From Alphaproteobacteria bacterium (GTDB taxonomy: Bacteria > Pseudomonadota > Alphaproteobacteria > GCA-2731375): DNA of 64,000 bases. Below are positions 29,968 through 40,533 of the stretch, one piece after another. The DNA lies in contig CBDDBZ010000035.1 in assembly GCA_965225945.1 (NCBI GenBank), forward strand, positions 320,001 to 384,000. Direction: 5' to 3'. How positions within the stretch are numbered: position 1 is the first letter of the stretch; each line of letters starts with the position of its first letter. Position numbers and translations under genes: made by a program. The notes beneath the pieces are model-generated. The model did no database searches, was not told the origin of the DNA, and worked only from the letters and a program-made list of their open reading frames with translations.

Positions 29968-30969
29968 ATGACCCTAGACGTCGCCATGTACCATATCGCC
30001 CACGAACGCGTCGCCGATCGTCTGGCCGCGCTCGAGCTCCCCGTTCGCGTCCTTCCGCTGCACGAAGACGGCACCTGCCGGGTCGACGGCGAAAACCTGC
30101 CGCTCGGCGAGGTCGCGCCGGAGGCAGTCTGGCTCAGCCTGGAAGTGGCAACTAGCGGCCTGTTCGATGCCTGCATGGAGGCGGTCGCGGCCTCATCGAC
30201 GGTGAAGTGGCTGCAGACCTTCAACGCCGGTCTCGACCACCCGGGCTATCGGGCCATCGCCGCCGCCGGCATCCGCATCGGCGCCAGCAGCGCCCAGGCC
30301 GTGGCGATCGCGGAATACACCTTCGCCCAAGTGCTGAGCCTCTATCAGCCGATTGAGGCCCAGCGCGAGGCCCAGGCGCGCCGCGAATGGAAGCAGCTCG
30401 GCTTCCGCGAGCTTTCGCGCTCGACCTGGGTCATCGTCGGTTACGGCAACATCGGCCAGGAAGTCGGGTCAAGAGCCAAGGCGTTCGGGGCCCGGGTGCT
30501 GGCGGTGCGCCGCCGGGCCACGCCCTCGGGCCATGCCGACGCGGTCGGCACGCAAGCCGATCTGCCGGCCTATCTGGCCCAGGGCGACGTCGTGGTCCTG
30601 TCCTGCCCCCACACAGCCGAGACCGACCGCATGGTCGACCGGGACTTCCTCGGCGCGATGAAACGGGGCGCGATCCTGGTCAACGTCGCGCGTGGCGGCG
30701 TGATCGACGACGAGGCCCTGCTGGCGGCACTCGACGAAGGCAAGCTCCAGGCCGCCGTGCTCGACGTCTTCGATCCCGAACCGTTGCCGAGGAATAGCCG
30801 CTATTGGGACCATCCGAGGGTGCGCCTCACCGCGCACTCCTCCTTCGCCGGCGAGGCCACGGCGGAACGCGGCGACGCGCTCTTTCTCGCCAACCTGGCG
30901 CGCTATCTCGCCGGCGAGCCGCTGATCAACGAGGTCGATCTCGCGGTCTATCTCGACACCCTGCGCTGA
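29968..30969 (+). CDS. D-2-hydroxyacid dehydrogenase
   Basis: GYGNIG, LVNVARGGVIDD, LDVFDPEPL, LTAH. Confidence 0.92.
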   Translation: MTLDVAMYHIAHERVADRLAALELPVRVLPLHEDGTCRVDGENLPLGEVAPEAVWLSLEVATSGLFDACMEAVAASSTVKWLQTFNAGLDHPGYRAIAAAGIRIGASSAQAVAIAEYTFAQVLSLYQPIEAQREAQARREWKQLGFRELSRSTWVIVGYGNIGQEVGSRAKAFGARVLAVRRRATPSGHADAVGTQADLPAYLAQGDVVVLSCPHTAETDRMVDRDFLGAMKRGAILVNVARGGVIDDEALLAALDEGKLQAAVLDVFDPEPLPRNSRYWDHPRVRLTAHSSFAGEATAERGDALFLANLARYLAGEPLINEVDLAVYLDTLR

Positions 30970-31083
30970 GGCCGACGTCCCAGCGGGCTATCCCGGTGCC
31001 GCTCGGCAGTCGTACCATGTCGTTCGACCGGGCGGGCACATGCGTCGTCGGCCGCTGATGCGCATTTCAAGAGGGAGACGGTG

Positions 31084-32007
31084 ATGAAGGCGGCGCTGAT
31101 CGAAAGACACGGCGGGCCGGAGGAGCTGGTGTATGGCGATGTGCCCGATCCGACCGCCGGGCCGGGCGAGATCGTCGTCGACGTCCATGCGGCGAGCGTC
31201 AACGCCGCCGACTGGAAGGTCCGCTCCGACAGCTACGGCTCGAGTTTGACCTTCCCCTATGTCCTGGGGCGGGACTTTTCCGGCCTCGTCGCCGAGCTCG
31301 GCCCCGGCGTCGAGGATTTCGCGGCGGGCGACGCGGTCTTCGGCGTCTGCGACGCCGGCCAGGAAGGGGCCTATGCCGAGAAGTTGGCGATCAAGGCCGC
31401 CATCGTCGCGGCCAAACCGGACTCGCTCTCACACCTCGAGGCGGCCTCGCTGGCGCTGATCGGCCTCACCGCCCTGATCGCCGTCGAGGACACCCTCGAA
31501 CTCCGGGCCGGCGAGACGATCCTGATCCAGGGCGGCGCCGGCGGTGTCGCCGGCTTCGCCGTGCAGCTCGCCAAGCACATCGGTGCCCGGGTGATCACCA
31601 CGGCGAGCGCCGCCAACCACGACTATCTGCGCGACCTCGGCGCCGACGAGATCATCGACTATAACGCCCGGGATTTCACCGAGGTGGTGTCGGACTGCGA
31701 CGCGGTATTCGATACCGTCGGCGGCGACGTCGCCGATCGCTCGTTCCGGGTGCTGAGGTCCGGCGGACGCGCCGCCTTCATCGCCTCCGGTGGCCAGGCA
31801 CCCACGCCGCCCGGCGACGACGTCCGCGCCCTTCGGCCCAATGTCGGGCGCGATCGCCCGCATCTGGAGCGCATCGTCGAACTGGTCGCGGCCGGCGCGG
31901 TGCGCGTGCCGGAGATCACGCGCTATCCCCTGGCCGAGGCGGCGGCGGCGCATCGGGTCAGCGAGGCGCGCCACCTGAGGGGCAAGCTGGTCTTCGAAGT
32001 GCGCTAG
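31084..32007 (+). CDS. NADP-dependent oxidoreductase (MDR/quinone reductase-like)
   Basis: ASVNAADWK, LGRDFSG, GGAGGVA, HLRGKLV. Confidence 0.92.
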   Translation: MKAALIERHGGPEELVYGDVPDPTAGPGEIVVDVHAASVNAADWKVRSDSYGSSLTFPYVLGRDFSGLVAELGPGVEDFAAGDAVFGVCDAGQEGAYAEKLAIKAAIVAAKPDSLSHLEAASLALIGLTALIAVEDTLELRAGETILIQGGAGGVAGFAVQLAKHIGARVITTASAANHDYLRDLGADEIIDYNARDFTEVVSDCDAVFDTVGGDVADRSFRVLRSGGRAAFIASGGQAPTPPGDDVRALRPNVGRDRPHLERIVELVAAGAVRVPEITRYPLAEAAAAHRVSEARHLRGKLVFEVR

Positions 32008-32031
32008 TCTAGCTACCAAGAGGAGGGACTG

Positions 32032-32850
32032 ATGGACTTGGGACTCGAGGGACGCAAGGCGATCGTCGGCGGCGGCAGCCGCGGCATCGGCAAGGCGATC
32101 GCGTGGGAGCTCGCCCGCGAGGGCGTCGACATGGTTCTGGCCTCTCGTTCGCCGGGCGAGCTCGAGGCGAGCGCGGATGAAATCGGCCGGGCGACGGGGC
32201 GCCGGGTCGTCGCCCTCACCTGCGACGTCACCGACCGAGGCGCGGTCGACGCCATGGTCGCTTCCGCGGTCGAGAGCTTGGGCGGCCTCGACATTCTGAT
32301 CAACAGCGCCTCCTTGCCGGGCGGCTCGCCCACGGCGATCGGGCCGATCGACGAAATCGTCGACGAGGACCTGCTGGCCGACTTCGACGTCAAGTACATG
32401 GGCGCGCTGCGCTGCACGCGGGCGGCGATCCCGCACATGAAGGCGGGCGGTTGGGGCCGCATCATCAACATCTCCGGCACCAACGCGCGGATCCCCGGGA
32501 ACCTGAGCGGCGGCGCCCGCAACACCTCGCTCGTCCACATGACCCGGACGCTGGCGCTACAGCTCGGCCGCGACGGCATCACGGTCAACTGCATTCACCC
32601 CGGCGTCACCCGGACGGAACGAACGCCCTCCCTGCTCGGCGCCAGGGCGGCGACGCAAGGGATCACGCCCGAGGAACTCGAGACCCGCGACTTCGCCCCC
32701 GAGGGCGCGAACAGCAACGCGATCGGCCGCATGGTGGAGGCCTCGGAGGTCGCCTATGTGGCGGTCTTCCTCGCCTCGGAACAGGCGCGGGCACTGACCG
32801 GCGAGCTGCTGGTGGCGAACGGCGGCGCGATGAAGGCGGTCTACTACTAG
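32032..32850 (+). CDS. SDR family oxidoreductase
   Basis: MDLGLEG, GGSRGIG, GRIINISG, TVNCIHPG. Confidence 0.9.
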   Translation: MDLGLEGRKAIVGGGSRGIGKAIAWELAREGVDMVLASRSPGELEASADEIGRATGRRVVALTCDVTDRGAVDAMVASAVESLGGLDILINSASLPGGSPTAIGPIDEIVDEDLLADFDVKYMGALRCTRAAIPHMKAGGWGRIINISGTNARIPGNLSGGARNTSLVHMTRTLALQLGRDGITVNCIHPGVTRTERTPSLLGARAATQGITPEELETRDFAPEGANSNAIGRMVEASEVAYVAVFLASEQARALTGELLVANGGAMKAVYY

Positions 32851-32899
32851 GCCCGCATTCCGCCTTGCCTCGACGCGGCCGGGCCCGCAAGGTGGCGGC

Positions 32900-33796
32900 A
32901 TGCTACCGCCGATAGTTCACCATCCCGGCTATGTCGCCCCCTTGCCCGACGGACATCGCTTTCCGATGGCCAAGTTCGCCCGCCTGCGCGAGGTGCTGGC
33001 CGAAGCGGGCGCCGGGGCGCCGCTGGCACCGAAACCGGCGCCCGCCGCATGGCTGGCGCTGGCGCATGATCGGAGCTACGTGGAGGCCATCCTCGGGCTG
33101 ACCGCCGGACCGGAGATCATGCGCCGGATCGGCCTGCCGCTCTCGCCGGCGCTGGCGCTGCGCTCGCGCCTCGCGGTCGCGGGCACGGTGCTGACGGGCA
33201 AGTTGGCGCTCGAGCACGGCATCGCTTGCAATACCGCCGGCGGCAGCCACCACGCGGGCCATGCCCACGGCGCCGGCTTCTGCGTCTTCAACGATGTCGC
33301 GGTCGCCGCCCGGCTGCTCCGCGCCGAGGCCCGGGTGAATCGCGTCCTGGTCGTCGATCTCGACGTGCATCAGGGCGACGGCACGGCGGAGATCCTCGCC
33401 GACGATCCCTCGATCTTCACCTTCTCGATGCATTGCGAGCGGAACTATCCGGCCCGCAAACGGCGGAGCGACCTCGATCTGGGGCTCGACGAGGGCACCG
33501 GCGATGCCGACTATCTGGCGATCCTGGAACGTCACCTGCCGGCGCTGATCGCCCGCGTGCTGCCGGATATCGTCTTCTACAACGCCGGCGTCGATCCCCA
33601 TGTCGACGATTCGCTGGGCAAGCTGGCGCTCAGCGATACGGGCCTGCTCGCCCGCGAGCGCCTGGTCGTGACCTGCTGTCGGCGCGCGGGCGTGCCGCTC
33701 GCGACCGTCGTCGGTGGCGGCTACGCGAGGGACGCGCTGGCGCTGGCGCGTCGTCATGCGCTGGTGTACCAGGCGGCGCGCGAGGCGCTCGCCTAG
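32900..33796 (+). CDS. Histone deacetylase family protein
   Basis: HRFPMAKF, GGSHHA, GFCVFND, DLDVHQGDG, GGGY. Confidence 0.94.
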   Translation: MLPPIVHHPGYVAPLPDGHRFPMAKFARLREVLAEAGAGAPLAPKPAPAAWLALAHDRSYVEAILGLTAGPEIMRRIGLPLSPALALRSRLAVAGTVLTGKLALEHGIACNTAGGSHHAGHAHGAGFCVFNDVAVAARLLRAEARVNRVLVVDLDVHQGDGTAEILADDPSIFTFSMHCERNYPARKRRSDLDLGLDEGTGDADYLAILERHLPALIARVLPDIVFYNAGVDPHVDDSLGKLALSDTGLLARERLVVTCCRRAGVPLATVVGGGYARDALALARRHALVYQAAREALA

Positions 33797-33909
33797 ATCT
33801 CCCGAGGTAGCGTTTCCCCGCTTGTTCGGGCGCTGGCCCGGCCGCTATAGTCGGCCATCGGGCGACGCCGGGCCTCCGGCCTCGCCCGCGTCAGGGAGGG
33901 TTCCTAGCG

Positions 33910-35067
33910 ATGCGTGATTTCAGGCGAATGGCAATGGCTGGCGTGGTCACGGCGGCGCTGCTGACGGCGGCCGCGACGGCGGGTGCGCATGACGCGAGGT
34001 TTCACCTCTACGTCCCCAACATGGCCTCCGACTCCGTCGCCGTGATCGACACGCGCGACAATCGGGTGATCGAGCGCATCGCCGTGGGCAAGACGCCGCA
34101 TCAGGTCTCGCTCTCGCACGAGACGCATCGAATGATCACCTCCAACACCGGTGACGACACGGTCTCCATCCACGATTTGGACACGCGCGCATTGGTCGCG
34201 ACGCTCGTCCTCGACGCCGAGCCCGAGCACATGGCGCTGGCGCCCGACGGGAGAAGCGTCGCGATCGGCAACATCGCCGCCGGCACGGTCTCGCTCGTCG
34301 ACCTCCGAGAAGCGCGGGAGACGGCGCGGATCGAGGGCTTGGCGCAGCCACACAATCTCACCTATTCGCCGGACGGCGGTCGCCTCTATGTCGCCAACCT
34401 GGGCGCCGACCACATCAGCGTGGTCGACGTCGCCTCGGCCCGGGTGATCGACGAGATCGCGGTCGGCGAGGGCGCCGCCGTCGCCTCGGCCCGAGGCGCG
34501 GAGGAATACCAGGGCATCATCGCGGTGACACCGACGCCGGACGGCAAGCTCGGCTTCGCGGCGCATGGGGAAAGCGGCAAGCTCGCCGTCGTCGATCTCC
34601 AGACCGGCGCCAAGCTCGCCTCGCTGCAACTCGGGCGGCAGCCTTGGCGCGCCTACGCCTCGCCCGACGGCCGCCACATGGTGGTGCCGAACAACGGCGA
34701 CGCCACGGTCTCGGTGATCGACGTCGCGATCCGCGAGGTGGTCGCCACGCTGCCGGGGGCCGAGGACATGACCGGCGTCAACTTCTCCAACGACGGCCGC
34801 CGCGCCCTGGTGCTGAGCCGGGGCGAGAAGCGGATCATCATCTTGGATTTGGCGCGCCTGGCGCCGATCGGCGCGATCGCGCTGCCCGGAACGCCGGAGA
34901 CCGGCGTGGTGACGCCGGACGCCGAGCGGCTCTACATCGCTCTTTCCGACATCGACCGGGTCGCCGTCGTCGATATTCTCCAGGGGCGGGTCGAGAGCTT
35001 GATCGACGGCGTCGGCGATGCGCCTTGGGGCGCCACGCTCGTGGGGGCGCGGAACTACTGCCACTGA
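33910..35067 (+). CDS. Secreted YVTN/YncE beta-propeller protein
   Basis: Signal peptide, repeated LYV.N...VSVID units, C-terminal NYCH. Confidence 0.88.
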   Translation: MRDFRRMAMAGVVTAALLTAAATAGAHDARFHLYVPNMASDSVAVIDTRDNRVIERIAVGKTPHQVSLSHETHRMITSNTGDDTVSIHDLDTRALVATLVLDAEPEHMALAPDGRSVAIGNIAAGTVSLVDLREARETARIEGLAQPHNLTYSPDGGRLYVANLGADHISVVDVASARVIDEIAVGEGAAVASARGAEEYQGIIAVTPTPDGKLGFAAHGESGKLAVVDLQTGAKLASLQLGRQPWRAYASPDGRHMVVPNNGDATVSVIDVAIREVVATLPGAEDMTGVNFSNDGRRALVLSRGEKRIIILDLARLAPIGAIALPGTPETGVVTPDAERLYIALSDIDRVAVVDILQGRVESLIDGVGDAPWGATLVGARNYCH

Positions 35068-35126
35068 AGCCTGATCCGCATCCGCGCGATCGCCCGTTGC
35101 CGATCCGCCGTCTCGCGTCGCCGCCC

Positions 35127-35284
35127 CGGAGCGTGACCCGAGCGCGGGCGCGCGGCGCGCGGGCGGATGGATACCCGGCGCAAATCGGGTTACCCGATGC
35201 CGCGACGCGGTAAACCCCCGAAGCGGAGAGGAGGTGCTCTATGAGTCTGGTCAGGGTCGAGCGCGAAGGCGCGGCGCGGGTGGC
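35127..35284 (+). repeat. Diverged copy of the upstream region and first codons of the enoyl-CoA hydratase gene (36426-36565)
   Basis: Both copies share GGAGCGTGACCCGAGCGCGGGCG, CCCGGCGCAAATCGGGTTA and GGAGAGGAGGTGC, and both encode MSLVRVEREGAARV. Confidence 0.9.
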
Positions 35285-35430
35285 AGGTGGCGTGTCTTGC
35301 GGTCACGTACCGGCGCGCCATGAGGCTTGAAAATCCTCGCGCCACACGCCGACCGGATCGAGCTTCGTGCGCCTGATCGTCATGGGGACATCAAACCGCA
35401 ATGTGCTATGCTAGCATTGGCGAAAACATC

Positions 35431-36228
35431 ATGCGCCACCTAATTGCGCTGATCGTCGCTTTAGCCTTCGTGACACCGGCTTGGGCAGATTTCGATGCGG
35501 GCATCGCCGCCTATCGTCGGGGCGACATGGCCGCCGCGCTGCGTGAAATTCGCCCGCTTGCGGAACAGGGCCACGTCAAGGCGCAGATTTGGCTCGGCGT
35601 CATCCACGTCCGCGGCGACGGCGTGCCGCAAGACTCCGACGAAGCTTTGAAGTGGTTTCGTCTGGCCGCGGACCAGGGCGAAGCGGCGGCGCAGCATTTT
35701 CTGGCCGTCATGTACGACAAAGGCATATCCGTGCCGCAGGATCATGGCCAGGCGGTGAAGTGGTTTCGCAAGGCGGCCGACCAAGGTCATGCGGGTGCCC
35801 AATTCAGTCTCGGCGCCATGTACGAAAAGGGCGAGGGCGTCTCGAAGGACCATGCGGAGGCGATGTCGTGGTACCGGCGTGCGGCCGAACAAGGTCTGGC
35901 GCTGGCGCAAAACAATCTCGCCAGCCTGTACGCAAGAGGGGACGGCGTGCCAAAGAACTACGCCGAGGCGGCTACGTGGTTTACCAAGGCCGCGGAGCAG
36001 GGTCATGCGCATGCTCAATACAATCTGGGTCTCATGTCTTTGAATGGCGACGGCGTGCCCAAGGACAAGATCAAAGCGTATATGTGGTACAGCCTTGCCG
36101 CGCTGCGAAACGTCATGGAGGCCGGAGTATCCCGCGATGTTATCGTAAAACGCATGAATCCGGACGACTTGGCGGAGGGCAAGCGATTGGTGAAACAATG
36201 GCTGGAAAAGCACCCGACATCCAAGTGA
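35431..36228 (+). CDS. Secreted Sel1-like repeat protein
   Basis: Signal peptide PAWA-DF, about five AAEQG..AQ..LG.MY..G.GV..D repeats; lower GC than neighbours. Confidence 0.93.
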   Translation: MRHLIALIVALAFVTPAWADFDAGIAAYRRGDMAAALREIRPLAEQGHVKAQIWLGVIHVRGDGVPQDSDEALKWFRLAADQGEAAAQHFLAVMYDKGISVPQDHGQAVKWFRKAADQGHAGAQFSLGAMYEKGEGVSKDHAEAMSWYRRAAEQGLALAQNNLASLYARGDGVPKNYAEAATWFTKAAEQGHAHAQYNLGLMSLNGDGVPKDKIKAYMWYSLAALRNVMEAGVSRDVIVKRMNPDDLAEGKRLVKQWLEKHPTSK

Positions 36229-36522
36229 GTGGTTGAATACCTCCCGCAATCGCCGGACGAAATCGGTGGCTGGCACGGTCAGGGCAGACGGCGACAGCTG
36301 CCCCGCCTAGCCCGACTCGGCCCTGCCTTCACCCGCTCCCCGATGTCATCGCGCGGCGACACCGGCGCCGACGTCGGCTCGAATCGGCCCTCGACGAAGC
36401 GCCTTCTCGCGCTCGGGCAACGGCGCGGAGCGTGACCCGAGCGCGGGCGGATGGAAACCCGGCGCAAATCGGGTTATCCGATGCCGCGACGAGATTTTTC
36501 CGAGGTGGAGAGGAGGTGCGCC

Positions 36523-37278
36523 ATGAGCCTGGTCAGGGTCGAGCGCGAGGGCGCGGCGCGGGTGGTGACGTTGGCGCGCCCGGAGAAGCGGAACGCCATC
36601 AACGCCGAAATGATGGCCGAGCTCCAGGCCGCCTTCGAGGCCGAGCCCGAGGCCGACGAGCGGCTGGCGGTATTGCGCGCCGAGGGCACGGTGTTCAGCG
36701 CCGGCCTACAGCTCGAGCCCTCGGGTGTGGAGCCGGAGGAGGCCAGCCGCATCGAGGCGATGTTCGATGCCGTCCAGTCCTATCCGCTCCCCGTGGTCGC
36801 GGTGGTGCAGGGGCCGGCGATCGCCGGCGGCTGCGAGCTGGCGCTGCATTGCGATTTCGTCGTCGCCGACGAGACCGCGCCCTTCGCCATGCCGCTGGCC
36901 CAGCTCGGCGTCACCACCACCTGGTTCCTGACCAAGAAGCTGATGGAGGCGGCGGGCCCGGTGACGACGCGGGAATTCCTGCTTCTCGGCGAGCCGCTGA
37001 GCGCGGGGCGGCTGCACCAGCTCGGCATCATCGCCCGGGCCGGGCCGGCGGCGGAGCTGGAGGCGCTGGCCGGCGCCATCGTCGCGCGTCTGGCGCGCAA
37101 CGCGCCGCTCTCGATGCGGACGATGAAGGCGATAATGTTGCAGCAGGCCTCATTCTATTGCGACATCGCGCACCCCGAGTGCAATGTCATGGTCGACGCC
37201 GTCTTCGCCAGCACCGACGCGCGCGAGGGTGTCGGTGCCAAGGTCGAACGGCGCGCGGCGACGTTTACCGGGCGCTAG
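36523..37278 (+). CDS. Enoyl-CoA hydratase/isomerase
   Basis: RPEKRNAIN, FSAG, GPAIAGGCELALHCD. Confidence 0.92.
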   Translation: MSLVRVEREGAARVVTLARPEKRNAINAEMMAELQAAFEAEPEADERLAVLRAEGTVFSAGLQLEPSGVEPEEASRIEAMFDAVQSYPLPVVAVVQGPAIAGGCELALHCDFVVADETAPFAMPLAQLGVTTTWFLTKKLMEAAGPVTTREFLLLGEPLSAGRLHQLGIIARAGPAAELEALAGAIVARLARNAPLSMRTMKAIMLQQASFYCDIAHPECNVMVDAVFASTDAREGVGAKVERRAATFTGR

Positions 37279-37306
37279 CGCGCCGTCCGAGCCGTCCCGA
37301 CGGGCT

Positions 37307-39085
37307 CTATTCCTGCGCCACCATCTCGCTCGCGTAGCCCGGATCGATCTCGACGTCCAGGACGATCGCGCCGCCCCCCTCGACGTCGGCGATGGCCCGC
37401 GCCAGGGCCTCGGGCAGGTCCTCGGCGCGCCGCACCGTTTCCGGCGCCGCCAAGCCCAGCGAGCGCGCCAAGGCCGGGATGGCGACGGCTGGGTCGTCGA
37501 GCCGTTGGCCGATCCAACGGTTCGCCACGGGGCGGTCGCGCCTCGAGGCCACGCGCTCCTGATGCAATTCGTCGTTGAAGTAGGAGCGGTTGTTGGCGAC
37601 GACGATGAGCAAGGGAATCTCGTAATGGGCCGCCGTCCAGAGCGCCGTCACCCCCATCAGGAAGTCCCCGTCCCCCAGAACGGCGAGGGGAAGCCGGCCC
37701 GAATCGCGAAGCGCCAGGGCGGCGCCCACCGCCATGCCCGGCCCGGAGCCGAGACCGGCGCCGCCGTCATAGCCCAGATAGCCGAGCGGATGGGTGATGG
37801 GATAGTGCTGGCCGGGCCAGCCGAGCGGCGCCCGCAGTAGCGAGGTCTCGATATCTTGGCCGGCGCGGGCCAGCGCGCGGGCCAGTTTGTCGAGATCGAT
37901 CGGGCCGGGCGCAGGCCTCGCCGCTATCCCCGCCGCCTCGATCGGCGCCGCCGTCGGGGCGGCGAGATCGAGCTGCCGGCAGAGCGCCGCCACCGCGACG
38001 TCCGGATCGCAACCGAGGTCGATGTCGAGGTCCGCCGGCGCCTGGTGATCGTAGCTTCAGCCGTTGGCCAGGCGCTCGTCGAGGGAGGCGCCGATCACCC
38101 TCGCCGAGACCGTTTCGCCGGGCCAGACCTGGCTCAGGGTGCCGCCGAGGTCGATCCAGTCGAGCGAGAGGATGACGTCGGCCTCGCGAATGAACTCTCT
38201 GGCCGCCTCGTCGAGAAAGAAGATGGGCGCCAGGCTGTGCAGCCGATGCGTGGTGGGGAAGGCGGCGGCCGCCTTCTGATCGGTCAGGACGCGGGCGCCG
38301 AGCCCCTCGGCAAGCGCGATCCGGCGCGCCCAGTCGTCGGAATTGCGGGAGACGCGGCCCGCCAGGATGAGCGGACAACGGGCGCCGCGCAGCGCTTCGG
38401 CGGCGCCGGCGAGGACCGCCGGCGCGGGCGAGGCCGCCGGCGCCGGGCGGCGCCGCGCCACGTCGGGAAAGCGCGGCGGCTCGCTCAGGGCTTCCTCTTG
38501 CAGGCTCACGTCGAAGCAGAGATAGACCGGCGCGCGCGGCGCCTCGCTCGCGATCTTGAAACCGCGCGCGACGGCATCGATGGCCGCCTGAGGCGATCCG
38601 GGCTGCTCGTCCCACTTGACAAAGGCGCGGACCAGGGCCGCCTGATCGCGCGCCGTGTGAATCCAATCGATCCAGGGCCGCCGCTTCGCCGCGTCGAGCG
38701 GCCCCGTCGCCCCCAGAAGCAGGATCGGCTGGCGATCGCACCAGGCGTTGAAGATCGCCATGCTGGCATGCATCAAGCCGACGTTGGCGTGCACGGCCGC
38801 GGCCATCGCCCGCTCTGTCACCTTGGCGTAGCCGTGCGCGATCGCCACGGCGTGCTCCTCGTGCAGACAGACCAGCATGCGCGGGTCCCGGTTGCCGAGA
38901 TAGTTGACGATGCTGTCGTGCAGGCCGCGATAGCTGGAGCCCGGGACCAGCGCGACATATTCGATCTCGAGCCGCCGCAGCATTTCCGCGATGGCGTCGC
39001 TGGCCCATCCCAGGACCTGGGCGTTGGGCGCGATCGGCCGCTCGATCTCAGGGCTGCTCGGAGCGCGGCGGTTCGGTTCGGACAT
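37307..39085 (-). pseudogene. Thiamine pyrophosphate-binding protein with an in-frame TGA (38057-38059)
   Basis: CLHEEHAVAIAHGYAK at the N-terminus, GDGDFLMG...NN TPP motif at the C-terminus; both halves in the same frame (NG*SYDHQ). Confidence 0.88.
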
Positions 39086-39252
39086 CGGCCCCTCGCCATG
39101 ATTTCCCGGTGAACTCTGAGCGAGGCTACCCCATGACCCGCCGGCGCGAAATCACCCGCCCGAGGCGCCCGCCTCGCTTCCGAGCCTTGGCCGAAAGTCG
39201 ATGACCGAGAATATCGGCGGCGTCCTGAATGAAGGTCGCCGAAATTCCCGGC

Positions 39253-40533
39253 TCAGACGCCGGTGACATCGATTTCGAAAAACAGGCCGTCATAAAGAAA
39301 CGCGCCGCTGATCGCCTCGCGGTCCCGATTATTCACGCCGGCGCGGCGCGTCGTGGAATGCCATGAAGCGCGGACCGTTCCAGCGATACCATCGAAGATT
39401 GCTTCGGCATCACCCTGATCCAGCAAGAAGCGTCCGGCGGCACCAAGCAGATTAGCCCTGTTGGCCCGCCGGCCCGCCGGCCCGCAGACCATGGCCAGAT
39501 CACGCCGATCGCGCGCGACGACGGGCGCCGGCGTCAGGTCGTAGACGGGGCTGAGCCGCCACTCCCGGCCGGTGGCGAGCAGCGCGTGATTGCGCGGGTG
39601 ATCGTCGAGATTGGAGATCGCCGCATTGAAGCAGGTTCGCCGGAACAGCTCGCGCAAATCCTCCTTCGGCGCCGCGCTCGCGCGGCGGACTTCATCGGCC
39701 AGCAGAAGGTATGACCAGCGCCCGCGATTCGACGGGCTGTCATCGGATTGCAGCAGGGTGAGAGCGCTGACCATGCGGTGGCGGTGATAGCCATCGCCGG
39801 CGATTTCGCGGTCGAAGCGGCGTACCAGCAGCACGTCGCGATTCCCGACGCTCTCGATCCGGCTGTCCGCGGGCCGCAAGCCGCATTCTCGCGCCAGCAT
39901 CAGCAGGGCGTGCTCGACGCGGGGGTGATTCCAGCGATCATCGTGGCGCCCGAACTTGGCCAGCCACAGCCCCTGGTCGTCTTGCACGACGACCTTGGGG
40001 CGCGCGCCGCCCATGGAGGTCCCAACGAGCAGAAGCTCCGCTACCTGCGGCGCGGCGGAGCCGCCGCGCGCGGGCTCGCCGGCGATCACCGCGTCGGCGG
40101 CGCTCTGAAGACGCGCGAGATCGAGCGTCCGGTTGAACTGTCGCCGGGGCGCCGGCGGCTCGACATCAAGGCCGAAGCCGAGGGCGCCGGCGCGGTCGTC
40201 CGCCCCTTCCATCAGATAGTCGAACTCCTCGAGGCGGGTATGTCCCGAGTGCCTCTCGATGACGAGGCGACCCCAGTAATCCGGCATGGAATCGCGAATA
40301 GCGCCGAAGAACCCGCCCAAGCGCCCGGTTTCATGGACGCGGCGCGCAAGGCGCAATTCGACGGGATCGAGTTCCACCGCATCGCTTCGCGCGAGATAGC
40401 GGCGGCGGTAGACGAATTCGCCGCGGGCCGAGCCTTCGCGGGTTTCGGAAAGGCGAAAGCGGCCGGCTGTCACGAATTCAGTCGATTCGGGCAGGACGAT
40501 ATAGACGTAGCACTCGCGCTCAGAAGTCATCAT
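39253..40533 (-). CDS. hipA: HipA-family kinase toxin
   Basis: DSMPDYWG, GTSMGGARPK, LAKF, LLVRRFDR, NLDDHPRNH, LSPVYD. Confidence 0.92.
   Translation of the reverse strand: MMTSERECYVYIVLPESTEFVTAGRFRLSETREGSARGEFVYRRRYLARSDAVELDPVELRLARRVHETGRLGGFFGAIRDSMPDYWGRLVIERHSGHTRLEEFDYLMEGADDRAGALGFGLDVEPPAPRRQFNRTLDLARLQSAADAVIAGEPARGGSAAPQVAELLLVGTSMGGARPKVVVQDDQGLWLAKFGRHDDRWNHPRVEHALLMLARECGLRPADSRIESVGNRDVLLVRRFDREIAGDGYHRHRMVSALTLLQSDDSPSNRGRWSYLLLADEVRRASAAPKEDLRELFRRTCFNAAISNLDDHPRNHALLATGREWRLSPVYDLTPAPVVARDRRDLAMVCGPAGRRANRANLLGAAGRFLLDQGDAEAIFDGIAGTVRASWHSTTRRAGVNNRDREAISGAFLYDGLFFEIDVTGV

Noticed and set aside
35127-36565. Diversity-generating retroelement TR/VR pair
   Set aside because: No reverse transcriptase in the window, differences are not adenine-specific, and the repeat covers a gene 5' end
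38057-38059. Selenocysteine or TGA recoding
   Set aside because: Context fits Trp rather than Cys, I see no SECIS-like hairpin, and TGA terminates many genes in this window
39187-39206. Near-match TGGCCGA(A)AGTCGATGACCG to the ADH 3' end at ~9980
   Set aside because: Short, gapped, 29 kb apart and without flanking similarity; may be chance
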